A stretch of 64,000 bases of DNA from positions 813,604 through 877,603 of the forward strand of contig CAWJQI010000005.1 of NCBI GenBank assembly GCA_963845085.1. The letters are read 5' to 3'. This DNA comes from Candidatus Fermentibacterota bacterium (lineage in GTDB: Bacteria > Fermentibacterota > Fermentibacteria > Fermentibacterales > JCC-6). Positions 1-8,533 of the stretch are shown here, in pieces (positions within the stretch are counted from its first letter, which is position 1; each line of letters starts with the position of its first letter). The notes under the pieces were generated by a model. The model was not told the DNA's origin. It did no database searches and worked only from the letters and a program-made list of their open reading frames with translations. The translations under genes were made by a program, and so were the position numbers.

Positions 1-578
1 ATTGCGGCCGTGACGAGAGCTCCCGTCGCAATGCCCATGAGACGGTTCGAAGTGATCCGCTGAAGGATGGTTTTCATCTTGTTGCCGGCCGCCTGCTGAA
101 GGTTGGTCGACATCATCTGCATGCCCATCAGGAAGATGGCAAGCCCGCCCAGGACCTGGAAAATGATGAAGAACATGTTGATCGAAACCAGGGTGATCGA
201 AGCCCTCGAAAGTTCGCCCCCGCTGTCGCCTGCGACGGCGGTGACGAGTATTTCGCCCATTTCGTCGCCGAACTCCAGGTTGACCATGGCGATGCCGGAC
301 GAATCGGTATACACCACGAAACCGGACAGACCGTCCTGCAGTATGGTGAGATAACCGGGATGCGGTTTGATCTCTGCGTCACCGCTCTGAACAACGAAAT
401 TGACAGGCACTCCGGCTGCAGGCGTGCAGTCCGATGAGTGGAGCACCCGAACAGAGACGGGTTCGGAAAGCATCTGGCCTGTGTTGCCGTAGGTCTTCCC
501 GAGGCATGAAGTGACCTGGAACTCACCCGCCAGAGCAAGGGAGCTAAAAAGAAGCAAAACGGCAAACAGCTTTTTCAT
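1..578 (-). CDS. Na+/phosphate cotransporter (NptA/YjbB-like) family protein, 5' portion; gene runs off window start
   Basis: ATG at 576-578 (minus) opens a frame with no stop down to position 1, which is why it is absent from the ORF track. Signal-peptide-like MKKLFAVLLLFSSLALA, then a ~110-aa soluble segment, then VLGGLAIFLMGMQMMSTNLQQAAGNKMKTILQRITSNRLMGIATGALVTA, typical of the Na/Pi-cotransporter N-terminus. Confidence 0.5.
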   Translation of the reverse strand, partial: MKKLFAVLLLFSSLALAGEFQVTSCLGKTYGNTGQMLSEPVSVRVLHSSDCTPAAGVPVNFVVQSGDAEIKPHPGYLTILQDGLSGFVVYTDSSGIAMVNLEFGDEMGEILVTAVAGDSGGELSRASITLVSINMFFIIFQVLGGLAIFLMGMQMMSTNLQQAAGNKMKTILQRITSNRLMGIATGALVTAA

Positions 579-697
579 GCAACAACTCCGTGATGACGGT
601 TCCGAAAGAGAGCCCCACCCCTGAAGGGAAAAGAGAATGGAATATGCTGATTTCAGCCGGGGTTGAAAACCATGCCCGGCACGCCTATCATACTCCC

Positions 698-1597
698 ATG
701 AAGGAAATGGGCGCACTTATCGAAAGCATGAGGCCCAAATCATGGACCAAGAACCTCTTTGTGTTCGCAGCCATGATCTTCGGCAGGGTGTGGTCAACCG
801 GAGCCCTTCTGGCATCCGCCGAGGCTTTTCTCGGCTTCAGTCTGCTCTCCAGTGCGGTCTATCTGATGAACGACGCGGTTGACCGGCGCCGTGACATGCT
901 GCACCCCTCCAAGAACCAGAGGCCGATACCATCGGGAAGGCTGCGGGTGGGAACGGCGGTCGCCGCATCGGTGATCGTCTCTGCTGCCGTGCTTGCCGTC
1001 TCATGGGCGGGCGCCCCGAGGCTTGCACTCGCGTACAGCATCTACCTCGTGATGCAGGTCGCCTATTCGCTGCGTTTGAAAAGCGAGGTCATCCTCGACT
1101 GCCTCATCATAGCGCTCGGATTCGTCCTCAGGGCCATGGCCGGCGTTGCCGTTCTCGATGACACGGGGCTTCACATGATTCTGTCGCCATGGCTGATCCT
1201 ATGCACCTTCTTCCTTGCCTCCTTCCTTGCTTTCGCCAAGCGCCGCAACGAGATATCCGTACTGGGCGAGGATGCCACAAACCACAGGAAAAACCTCAGG
1301 GAGTACACTCCCGCTCTTCTCGATCAGATGATGGGGGTGAGCGCGGGCGCGAGCATCATGGGGTACGCCCTGTACACCGTGAGCCAGCGAACTCTTGAAC
1401 AGGTGAGCCCGATGCTCTGGGTAACGGTGCCCTTCGTGGCCTACGGGATATTCCGGTACGAGTACCTTGTCTACAGCAGGGGCCTGGGAGGCAATCCCGA
1501 CAAGCTGCTGCTTTCCGACAGACCGATGATCCTCAACATCCTTCTCTGGGGCGCAGTGGTGCTTGCCGTTCTGATGTTCTTCCCGTCCGTTCAATGA
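698..1597 (+). CDS. UbiA-family prenyltransferase (decaprenyl-phosphate phosphoribosyltransferase-like)
   Basis: ORF 590..1597. NDAVDRRRD Asp-rich motif and multiple TM segments. The likely start is the internal ATG at 698 (MKEMGALIESMRPKSW) rather than the GTG at 590. The stop overlaps the ispE start. Confidence 0.6.
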   Translation: MKEMGALIESMRPKSWTKNLFVFAAMIFGRVWSTGALLASAEAFLGFSLLSSAVYLMNDAVDRRRDMLHPSKNQRPIPSGRLRVGTAVAASVIVSAAVLAVSWAGAPRLALAYSIYLVMQVAYSLRLKSEVILDCLIIALGFVLRAMAGVAVLDDTGLHMILSPWLILCTFFLASFLAFAKRRNEISVLGEDATNHRKNLREYTPALLDQMMGVSAGASIMGYALYTVSQRTLEQVSPMLWVTVPFVAYGIFRYEYLVYSRGLGGNPDKLLLSDRPMILNILLWGAVVLAVLMFFPSVQ

Positions 1598-2544
1598 TTA
1601 CGGTAAAAGCGCCCGCCAAGGTGAACCTCGGCCTCCGCATCCTCGGCAGGAGGCCGGACGGGTATCACGACATTCACAGCCTGTTCTGCCCTGTCTCGCT
1701 CTGCGACCTGATAAGTGTCTCGTCCACACGGCACCGGGGGGAGATAAGCCTCCGCGCAAGCGGAATCCCCGTGCCGGAGGGGCCTTCAAACATTGTCTGG
1801 AAGGCAGCCGCGCTGTTCATTGAGGCCACGGGCGCGGAGATGGGCGTTGAAATCGGCCTTCACAAGGAAATTCCTTCGCCCGGGGGGCTTGGCGGCGGCA
1901 GCAGCGACGCGGCTGCCGTCCTTCTCGCCATGGCGGCGCTCAGCGGGGATTGGGGTCAACTCGACAGCCTTGCCCTTGAACTCGGCAGCGACGTTCCCTT
2001 CTTTCTCGGAGACGGGGCTGCCCTCGTCGGGGGCAGGGGCGAAAAACTCACGCCGGTCACCATTCCGTCCTTTCACGCGGTTCTTGTCGATCCCGGCGAC
2101 GCGGTTCCCACTCCCTGGGCGTACGGCCTCTGGGACAGCTCGCACTTGACAGAACCACGTGTCCCGTGCGATGTTTCGGGCCTGATTACAGCGCAGTGGC
2201 ATGAGGGTAAGCCTTATCCCGTTGACCTTCGAAACGACTTTTTTCCCCTACTCTCAGAGCGTCTCACGGGGATCGGAAGGGTTTCCGAAGCCCTTTCAGG
2301 CGTCACGGGGGACTGGGGGCTGAGCGGTTCCGGGCCGGTGGCATACGGTCTGTTCCGCTCCCGGCGGGAAGCCGGGAAGGCGGCGAAGGTCTTGCGGGAT
2401 AGCTTCACCCGGGTGTATACCGCGGAATCGTTGTTTACGCTGGGGCGTCGTCAAATGGTTAAGACACAGGGTTTTGGTCCCTGCATTTGGGGGTTCGAAT
2501 CCTCCCGCCCCAGCCAGTCTTCCGTACACCGGGAAAGGATATAG
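1594..2544 (+). CDS. ispE: 4-diphosphocytidyl-2-C-methyl-D-erythritol kinase
   Basis: N-terminal PAKVNLGLRILGRRPDGYHDIH and GHMP-kinase motif PSPGGLGGGSSDAAA. The ORF has no stop until 2544 and so reads through tRNA-Gln; the true C-terminus is uncertain. Confidence 0.8.
   Translation: MITVKAPAKVNLGLRILGRRPDGYHDIHSLFCPVSLCDLISVSSTRHRGEISLRASGIPVPEGPSNIVWKAAALFIEATGAEMGVEIGLHKEIPSPGGLGGGSSDAAAVLLAMAALSGDWGQLDSLALELGSDVPFFLGDGAALVGGRGEKLTPVTIPSFHAVLVDPGDAVPTPWAYGLWDSSHLTEPRVPCDVSGLITAQWHEGKPYPVDLRNDFFPLLSERLTGIGRVSEALSGVTGDWGLSGSGPVAYGLFRSRREAGKAAKVLRDSFTRVYTAESLFTLGRRQMVKTQGFGPCIWGFESSRPSQSSVHRERI
2441..2516 (+). tRNA. tRNA-Gln (anticodon UUG)
   Basis: 76-nt cloverleaf read by eye. Acceptor stem TGGGGCG/CGCCCCA, anticodon stem CAGGG/CCCTG with loop TTTTGGT (anticodon TTG), T-arm GGGGG-TTCGAAT-CCTCC, discriminator G, encoded CCA. 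Confidence 0.85.
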
Positions 2545-2546
2545 TA

Positions 2547-3161
2547 ATGCCGTTGGAACTCAACATCGAAAAGCGAACCAGAACAGGTTCACGCGAGGCG
2601 CGTCGTCTTCGCCGCGAAGGGCTTGTGCCGGGCATCCTCTACGGTCGTGGCGGAGAGGTGCCTGTATCGGTCGAAGCCCGCCACTTCATGACGACAGTTG
2701 GCTACAACCCCTCCACGGGCATCATCAAACTCAATCTGCCCGGTGAGAAGTCCGTGAACTGCATCGTGAAGGAAGTCCAGTGGAACGTCATCAACGATAA
2801 GCCCGTGCATATCGACTTCCTCAGGGTGCTTCCGTCACAGATCATCACCGTGCCGGTGCCTGTGCACCTTGAAGGCAGTCCCGCCGGCTTGCTTCAGGGC
2901 GGGATCCTTGACCACATGCTCCACGAAGTTCAACTCACCGTGAAAGCCTCGGCCATTCCCCCGAGCATCACCGTCAATGTGAGCGCGCTTTCAATCGGCG
3001 ACTCTATTCATGTCTCCAACCTCGACCTTCCCGCCGGCATGACGGTGGATATGCCTGGCGACCCCGTGATCGCCTCCGTCATCATGCCCAGGGTCATGAA
3101 GGCCGCCGCCGAAGCTGAATCCACGGAGGAAGAAGCCGCCAAACCCGCCGAAGGTGAGTAG
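2547..3161 (+). CDS. rplY: 50S ribosomal protein L25 / general stress protein Ctc
   Basis: ORF 2487..3161. Start moved to the ATG at 2547 (MPLELNIEKR), which has an AAAGGA RBS. L25/Ctc family with an acidic C-terminal tail. Conserved ctc-pth adjacency. Confidence 0.85.
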   Translation: MPLELNIEKRTRTGSREARRLRREGLVPGILYGRGGEVPVSVEARHFMTTVGYNPSTGIIKLNLPGEKSVNCIVKEVQWNVINDKPVHIDFLRVLPSQIITVPVPVHLEGSPAGLLQGGILDHMLHEVQLTVKASAIPPSITVNVSALSIGDSIHVSNLDLPAGMTVDMPGDPVIASVIMPRVMKAAAEAESTEEEAAKPAEGE

Positions 3162-3743
3162 GTGCCGGAAGACGGAATAGGCCTTGTACTCTGTCTGGGC
3201 AATCCGGGTCCCCGGTACGCCCTGACTTGGCACAATGCCGGCTTCTGGGTGGCCGACATTCTTGCACGCGAGGCCGGCGTTTCATTCAAGAACGCCGGCC
3301 TTTTCCATGTTGCAGTCCTTCCGGGAGGGCTGCACCTCGCAAAGCCCGTGACATTCATGAACGAGAGCGGGAGGGCGGCCGGAGCGCTGTTGAACTCCAG
3401 GGGTCTTGATCCCTCCGAGATGCTGGTCGTTTGTGACGATGCCAACCTCCCGCTGGGCACCATCCGTCTCAAACCTGACGGATCAGCCGGCGGCCAGAAG
3501 GGGCTTTCGAACATCATCGAGGTGCTCGGAACAGAGGTATTCCCGAGGCTCAGGCTTGGCATCGGCCCGGTGCCCGAGCGGGTTCCCCTTGCTGATTACG
3601 TGCTTGGCAGGGTTCCGAAAGACCTTGAGGAAGAGGCTTCGCTGATGGCCCACAGGGCTGCGGACTGCGTGCTGCATGCAGTCAATGAAGGAATCGCAGC
3701 CGCTCAGTCCGTTTACAACACAAAGGCGCGGGAGGCGCCCTGA
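3162..3743 (+). CDS. pth: peptidyl-tRNA hydrolase
   Basis: GTG start. LGNPGPRYALTWHNAGF motif (GNPG..Y..TRHN). 193 aa, typical Pth size. Confidence 0.9.
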   Translation: MPEDGIGLVLCLGNPGPRYALTWHNAGFWVADILAREAGVSFKNAGLFHVAVLPGGLHLAKPVTFMNESGRAAGALLNSRGLDPSEMLVVCDDANLPLGTIRLKPDGSAGGQKGLSNIIEVLGTEVFPRLRLGIGPVPERVPLADYVLGRVPKDLEEEASLMAHRAADCVLHAVNEGIAAAQSVYNTKAREAP

Positions 3744-3765
3744 GGCGCCCCCCGCCACGGGATCA

Positions 3766-5355
3766 CTACTGCTGCGACTCCATCGCGAGCGAGCCGATGA
3801 AATTCACAAGCTCGGCGCCGGACAGCACCGTGCTGGATTCCAGAACACCGTCAGCCGCAGTGACACCACCGGTTACCCAGAGCGTGGGAATGCTGGCCGG
3901 CAGTGATATGTCTTCGGGGCTGAACTGGCGGATCATTCCGAGGTAGCCGCCTATTTCCATGGCATAGCTGAACATGCCGTCTCCGGTGAGACCGGGAATG
4001 TCGGCTGCGGGGGAGAAGTCTCCCGACAAGGCCTGGAGGATGCCCGCGGGGACATCGCCGGTTTCCACGAAGAAGAGGCCGTCATCCGAAGCGAACCAGT
4101 AGGTGATGGCGAGCGAGTCGGGAATGCCCTCTTCTGGCGGCATGAGAACGGTGAACCGTGTGGTCATGAATTCGACGCCTTCGATCACTGTGCTTTCAGT
4201 CGGGGAGTATGTGATCATTCCGGCCATTTCCGGGGGCAGGAACGACTGTGACTGGGCTGCCATGTCCATGATCATGACGGACATGCTCGCGAGATCGGCG
4301 TCGGCCGGCATGTTGTAGACAGCCATGAACCTCATGAACCCGTCGCTGAAGAACGACATGGCGGCGCAGCCGCTCATTTCGGTCCAGGTGGCGAGTGCCG
4401 CGGGGTCGAGGTTCATCCCTATTGCTTCGTAAACACTGCTCAGGATGATCCCGGTGAGTTCGGGAGGCATCTTGACCTGTGCGGACATTACCTGTCCCGC
4501 GGGGATCCTGTCGAGCAGGGACGGGTTGGAGGGGGTCACGACAAGCCTCGCAAGATCGCTGCCCTCCTTGAAAACCACGATCTGTTTGATATTGATGCTG
4601 TCGGCACCGAAGGTGAGCGTCATGTCATAGCGCTCGGTCTGGTTCAGGAAAACAACCGCCGCGTCGAAGTAGAGGTTGAGGAAGTTCTGTGCGAAGGGCG
4701 GAATCTCGGAATCCATGGTGGCGGTCTGTGCTATCATGGGGAGCTGCGAAGCGGCCATGGGGCCAACCATGGCGATATTGACAGAAGAGAAGATGGAGGC
4801 CGGCGGAATGTCGATCGACGGGTCGGGACCGAGGGCTTCGGCCATCGTGGAAAGCTTGTTCCGCGTCATGGTGAGTATGGCAACGCCGCGGGATTCGGCT
4901 GCATAGATCGTTCCGTTCTCGTAGGGCGCCTGAAAGACTTCAAGCTTGTCAAGCGGCTGACCGGGGACGAACTCGAGGCCGATCCTTCCCAGCAGTGAGA
5001 GAAATGCCGGAAAATCTGTGACGGAAACAGCCATGGACATGGACTGCGGCATCATGCTTTCCATCCAGAAGACAATTGCGCCCTCGGGATCGATGCCGAG
5101 AGAGTCAAGATCGTCGAGGCTTTCGACCTCAAGGTAGCCCACGGCTGCATTCTCGACAACCCCGGTGCCGAGGAACGGTGCGCCCGAGGCGATGTAGGCA
5201 TCCATGTTCCGCACCGCTGCAACCGGTTGCGTGAGAACGACCGAAACCATGGCGTTTTCCGGCAGAAGTGACAGGGGGCTCGCCGGTTCCTGTCTGCCGC
5301 AGCCTGACAGGGCCAGCATGAGCAGGCAGATGAAAACCGTAAACCTTGGAAACAT
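3766..5355 (-). CDS. lipoprotein, function unknown
   Basis: Signal peptide with lipobox LALSGC. 529 aa, no recognisable catalytic motifs. Convergent with pth. Confidence 0.55.
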   Translation of the reverse strand: MFPRFTVFICLLMLALSGCGRQEPASPLSLLPENAMVSVVLTQPVAAVRNMDAYIASGAPFLGTGVVENAAVGYLEVESLDDLDSLGIDPEGAIVFWMESMMPQSMSMAVSVTDFPAFLSLLGRIGLEFVPGQPLDKLEVFQAPYENGTIYAAESRGVAILTMTRNKLSTMAEALGPDPSIDIPPASIFSSVNIAMVGPMAASQLPMIAQTATMDSEIPPFAQNFLNLYFDAAVVFLNQTERYDMTLTFGADSINIKQIVVFKEGSDLARLVVTPSNPSLLDRIPAGQVMSAQVKMPPELTGIILSSVYEAIGMNLDPAALATWTEMSGCAAMSFFSDGFMRFMAVYNMPADADLASMSVMIMDMAAQSQSFLPPEMAGMITYSPTESTVIEGVEFMTTRFTVLMPPEEGIPDSLAITYWFASDDGLFFVETGDVPAGILQALSGDFSPAADIPGLTGDGMFSYAMEIGGYLGMIRQFSPEDISLPASIPTLWVTGGVTAADGVLESSTVLSGAELVNFIGSLAMESQQ

Positions 5356-5472
5356 TTTCCACCTCCATGAAGCGAAAGGATAGCAACTTGCGTCAATGCT
5401 AACAAAATCCGTACCCCTGTGTCAAAAATCGCCCTTCTTTGCAAACGCTTCGCGCAGGATTAGAATTGACAC

Positions 5473-6276
5473 ATGACTTCCAGTTACGACCTTTTTTCGA
5501 GCTTCGAGGAAGAACCGGGAACGGTTCTTTTCGTTGACACCGAAACCACCGGGGCCGACCCCGGAGAAGACCACATAGTCGAAGTCGCTCTGATGCTGTC
5601 CGAGTACCGCGGAACTTCCCCGAACGATTCCATCGAGGAGTATTCGTCACTCGTCAAACCGCCGGTTCCCATCCCTCCCGAGGCATCCGCCGTTCACCAC
5701 ATTACCGATGGGATGCTTGTCGGCGCCCCTGCTGCAGCGGAGATAGCAGGCGCGGTGCAAACTTTCGCCGACAAAGCCATGTTCATCTGCGCCCACAACC
5801 TCCCCTTTGACATGGCAATGCTCCAGCGGGGCTTTCCCGGTGTTTTCAACCGTTTTGCAGAGGAACAGCGGATAGACACGCTCAGGCTTGCAAGGCACTG
5901 CTGGGCGGACATTCCGTCCCATTCACTCCAGGCGCTCCGCTACAGGCACGGGCTTGACGGCATCGTGGCATCAGGCGACGCCCACAGGGCGCTGTTCGAC
6001 ACAAGGCTTGTGAAGGCGCTTCTCGATACAGTGCTCTCGCAGAATCTCACCGGCGTCACCGGCCTTTCAGAACTGGTCAGGTACATAGCGAAGCCTCTCG
6101 AGGTGAAGATCTTCAACTTCGGCAAGCACAAGGGCTGCCTGGTGGAGGATATCGCCGCCACCGATCCCGACTACATAAGATGGCTTCTGAAGCAGGAATG
6201 GCTTCCCACCGAATACCCCGACCTGTTCCACACGCTTCTGAGGAAATCCGGCGGAAATGGCAGCCATGCCGGCTGA
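5473..6276 (+). CDS. DnaQ-like 3'-5' exonuclease (DEDD family) with C-terminal KapD/ExoX-like domain
   Basis: Exo I motif LFVDTETTG, Exo III-like HRALFD. C-terminal FGKHKG...DPDYIRWLL segment. Confidence 0.7.
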   Translation: MTSSYDLFSSFEEEPGTVLFVDTETTGADPGEDHIVEVALMLSEYRGTSPNDSIEEYSSLVKPPVPIPPEASAVHHITDGMLVGAPAAAEIAGAVQTFADKAMFICAHNLPFDMAMLQRGFPGVFNRFAEEQRIDTLRLARHCWADIPSHSLQALRYRHGLDGIVASGDAHRALFDTRLVKALLDTVLSQNLTGVTGLSELVRYIAKPLEVKIFNFGKHKGCLVEDIAATDPDYIRWLLKQEWLPTEYPDLFHTLLRKSGGNGSHAG

Positions 6277-7552
6277 TACCTGGAAGGTCCGGGGCGGCTG
6301 CCGGCTCGAGGGCACATTGATGCCCGCGGGCAGCAAGAACGCCGCCCTGCCCGAACTCGCAGCCTGCCTGCTCACCGATTCGTCGTGCACGCTTACGAAC
6401 ACACCCGGAATTCGCGACGTTGAGGCGATGAAGGGCATACTCGAGGGCATGGGGTGCAGCGTGGTTTCCGAGGGGCATTCCGTTTCCATCGACCCGGGCA
6501 ACGCCTCGCCCGGCCTTCTTGATAAAAACCTGTGCAGGAACATCAGGGCTTCGATCCTGCTTGCGGCTCCCATGGTCGCAAGGTTCGGCGAAGTCGAACT
6601 CCCGCCACCGGGCGGCGACATCATCGGCAGGCGCAGGCTCGACACGCATTTCCTCGCCCTCGAGAAGCTTGGCGCAGTTGTCGAGTACGAGCGGGACAGA
6701 ATCAGGATAACCGCCCCGGCGGGCCTTGCCGGCGCCAGGATCCACCTCGACGAGCCTTCCGTCACGGCCACCGAGAACGCACTCATGGCCGCCTGTGCAG
6801 CGGAGGGAGCAACCGAGATCTACAACGCGGCATGCGAGCCGAATGTGCAGGACCTCGCAGCCTTGCTGAGTGCGATGGGCGCCGACATTCGGGGCGCCGG
6901 AACGAACCTGATCCTTGTCCGGGGGCGGGGCGGTCTTCTCGGGGGGGCGTGTCACACGGTATGCCCCGACCACATCGAGATAGGCAGCTTCATCGGCCTT
7001 GCGGCCTGCTGCAGGGGGCGGGTTGAGATCCCGGGCGTTCCCGAATCCATAATTCAGCCCATCATGACAGGCCTTGGCAAGCTTGGCGTTGAGATAACGA
7101 CCAGCTGCGGCGGAATCGTCATCCCCGCCGATCAGCCCCTCGAGGTGAGACCCGACATCAGCGGCGACATACCAACCATCTATGACGGGCCCTGGCCCGG
7201 CTTTTCACCCGATCTTACGAGCACCGCCGTTGTGACGGCAACCCAGGCGAGGGGAACGAGCCTGATATTCGAGAAGATGTTTGAAAGCAGGCTGTTCTTC
7301 ACTGACAAGCTTACCGCGATGGGAGCAAGGCTCATTCTTTGCGACCCGCACAGGGTTGTCATTGCCGGCCCCTGCAGGCTGCATGGAACCGAGGTGTCGA
7401 GCCCGGATATAAGGGCGGGAATGGCTCTTCTCACGGCTGCGCTGTGCGCCGAGGGCGACACTGTCATACACAACGTGCGACAGATCGAGAGGGGCTACGA
7501 AAACATCGTGCAGAGGCTTTCCGCCCTGGGCGCCAACATTGAGGTCTGTTAG
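6257..7552 (+). CDS. murA: UDP-N-acetylglucosamine 1-carboxyvinyltransferase
   Basis: KVRGG.RL.G....GSKNAALP motif near the N-terminus. 431 aa EPT family. Start could be the ATG at 6266. Overlaps the upstream gene by ~20 nt. Confidence 0.9.
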   Translation: MAAMPADTWKVRGGCRLEGTLMPAGSKNAALPELAACLLTDSSCTLTNTPGIRDVEAMKGILEGMGCSVVSEGHSVSIDPGNASPGLLDKNLCRNIRASILLAAPMVARFGEVELPPPGGDIIGRRRLDTHFLALEKLGAVVEYERDRIRITAPAGLAGARIHLDEPSVTATENALMAACAAEGATEIYNAACEPNVQDLAALLSAMGADIRGAGTNLILVRGRGGLLGGACHTVCPDHIEIGSFIGLAACCRGRVEIPGVPESIIQPIMTGLGKLGVEITTSCGGIVIPADQPLEVRPDISGDIPTIYDGPWPGFSPDLTSTAVVTATQARGTSLIFEKMFESRLFFTDKLTAMGARLILCDPHRVVIAGPCRLHGTEVSSPDIRAGMALLTAALCAEGDTVIHNVRQIERGYENIVQRLSALGANIEVC

Positions 7553-7560
7553 GAGGAACA

Positions 7561-8481
7561 GTGAAAAGGGTCGTTCCGGCTGCTGCGGTACTGCTTGTGA
7601 CGGGATGCGGTGACAACCCGCAGGGAACGGAACCCTGGCCGGACGGTGCAGAACTCATTGCAACCTCGAATTACGCCGACACCGCCCTTGCATTCTCGCC
7701 CCTGGGGCACATACTTCTCCTGAGCAACCAGTGCGACATCTGGGGTTTCGACGGCGTGGCCGACCCGGCGCGGTGCACCTACTCTCCGTTCGATGAATCC
7801 ACCGGGCCCAACGGTTGCTGGAACGGCGAGAACTGCCTCATTGTCTATTCCGCAACCGACGACTCGACCGGTCACGGCCAGATCAGAACGATCCCCGGCA
7901 ATGGAACCGCTGTCACCGTTCTCTTCGATCCCGACCTCGCGGTGGCATTCCCGTCCTGGAACCCCGCCGGCGACAGCCTCGTATTCTCCATGAAGCCTGT
8001 GGGCTCGTGGAGCAGGCGTCTTTTCACGATGCCCCACGAGGCTGACACGCTCATCCCCGTCGAGATACCGATCCTTTCGGGCGACTGCGTCAGGGCGTCG
8101 TACAGCCCCGACGGCGAGTGGATCCTCTTCCAGTACAGGGAAACACAGGATTCCCCCTGGAGCATCTGGATAGCACGCCCGGACGGAAGTGAAGCCAGGT
8201 CCGTTGCACAGGGCGGGCAGTGCGTGCATCCATGCTGGGGTCCCTACGACGGCTGGTTCGTCTTCTCCTCCGATCGCTGGGGCAATTATGAGCTTGCGGC
8301 GGGCCACATCGAAGCCGATACCGTGATCCGGATCACCGATGACGACTCAAGCGATCTTTACCCGGCCTGGAATCAGTCCTTCGGCTGGATAGCCTTCTCA
8401 AGCGACCGCCTCGTCGGCTTCGACATCTTTAGCATCGACGAGCCGGAAATTCCTGTCATTCAGCCCGGAGGCGCAAGATGA
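7561..8481 (+). CDS. TolB-like beta-propeller lipoprotein
   Basis: Lipobox LLVTGC. Repeated PD40/WD40-like units (PSWNPAGDSLVFS, ASYSPDGEWILFQ, PCWGPYDGWFVFSSDR, PAWNQSFGWIAFSSDR). Confidence 0.6.
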   Translation: MKRVVPAAAVLLVTGCGDNPQGTEPWPDGAELIATSNYADTALAFSPLGHILLLSNQCDIWGFDGVADPARCTYSPFDESTGPNGCWNGENCLIVYSATDDSTGHGQIRTIPGNGTAVTVLFDPDLAVAFPSWNPAGDSLVFSMKPVGSWSRRLFTMPHEADTLIPVEIPILSGDCVRASYSPDGEWILFQYRETQDSPWSIWIARPDGSEARSVAQGGQCVHPCWGPYDGWFVFSSDRWGNYELAAGHIEADTVIRITDDDSSDLYPAWNQSFGWIAFSSDRLVGFDIFSIDEPEIPVIQPGGAR

Positions 8482-8533
8482 TCATTTCCGTCCGGTAACT
8501 GGCGCAACAGGTTTTTCGCCGAACCGGAAGGGA

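Noticed and set aside
103-565. 83-aa (plus) and 145-aa (minus, TTG start) ORFs at the window start
   Set aside because: Both are alternative frames over the Na/Pi cotransporter coding region, whose frame carries recognisable family motifs.
3734-3749. GGCGCC-ctga-GGCGCC palindrome at the pth stop codon
   Set aside because: Only a 6-bp stem and no U-tract. It may contribute to termination between convergent genes, but is too weak to call.
6067-6973. Two overlapping minus-strand ORFs of 239 and 286 aa, antisense to murA
   Set aside because: murA identity is unambiguous. The antisense ORFs are Arg/Pro/Gly-rich junk.
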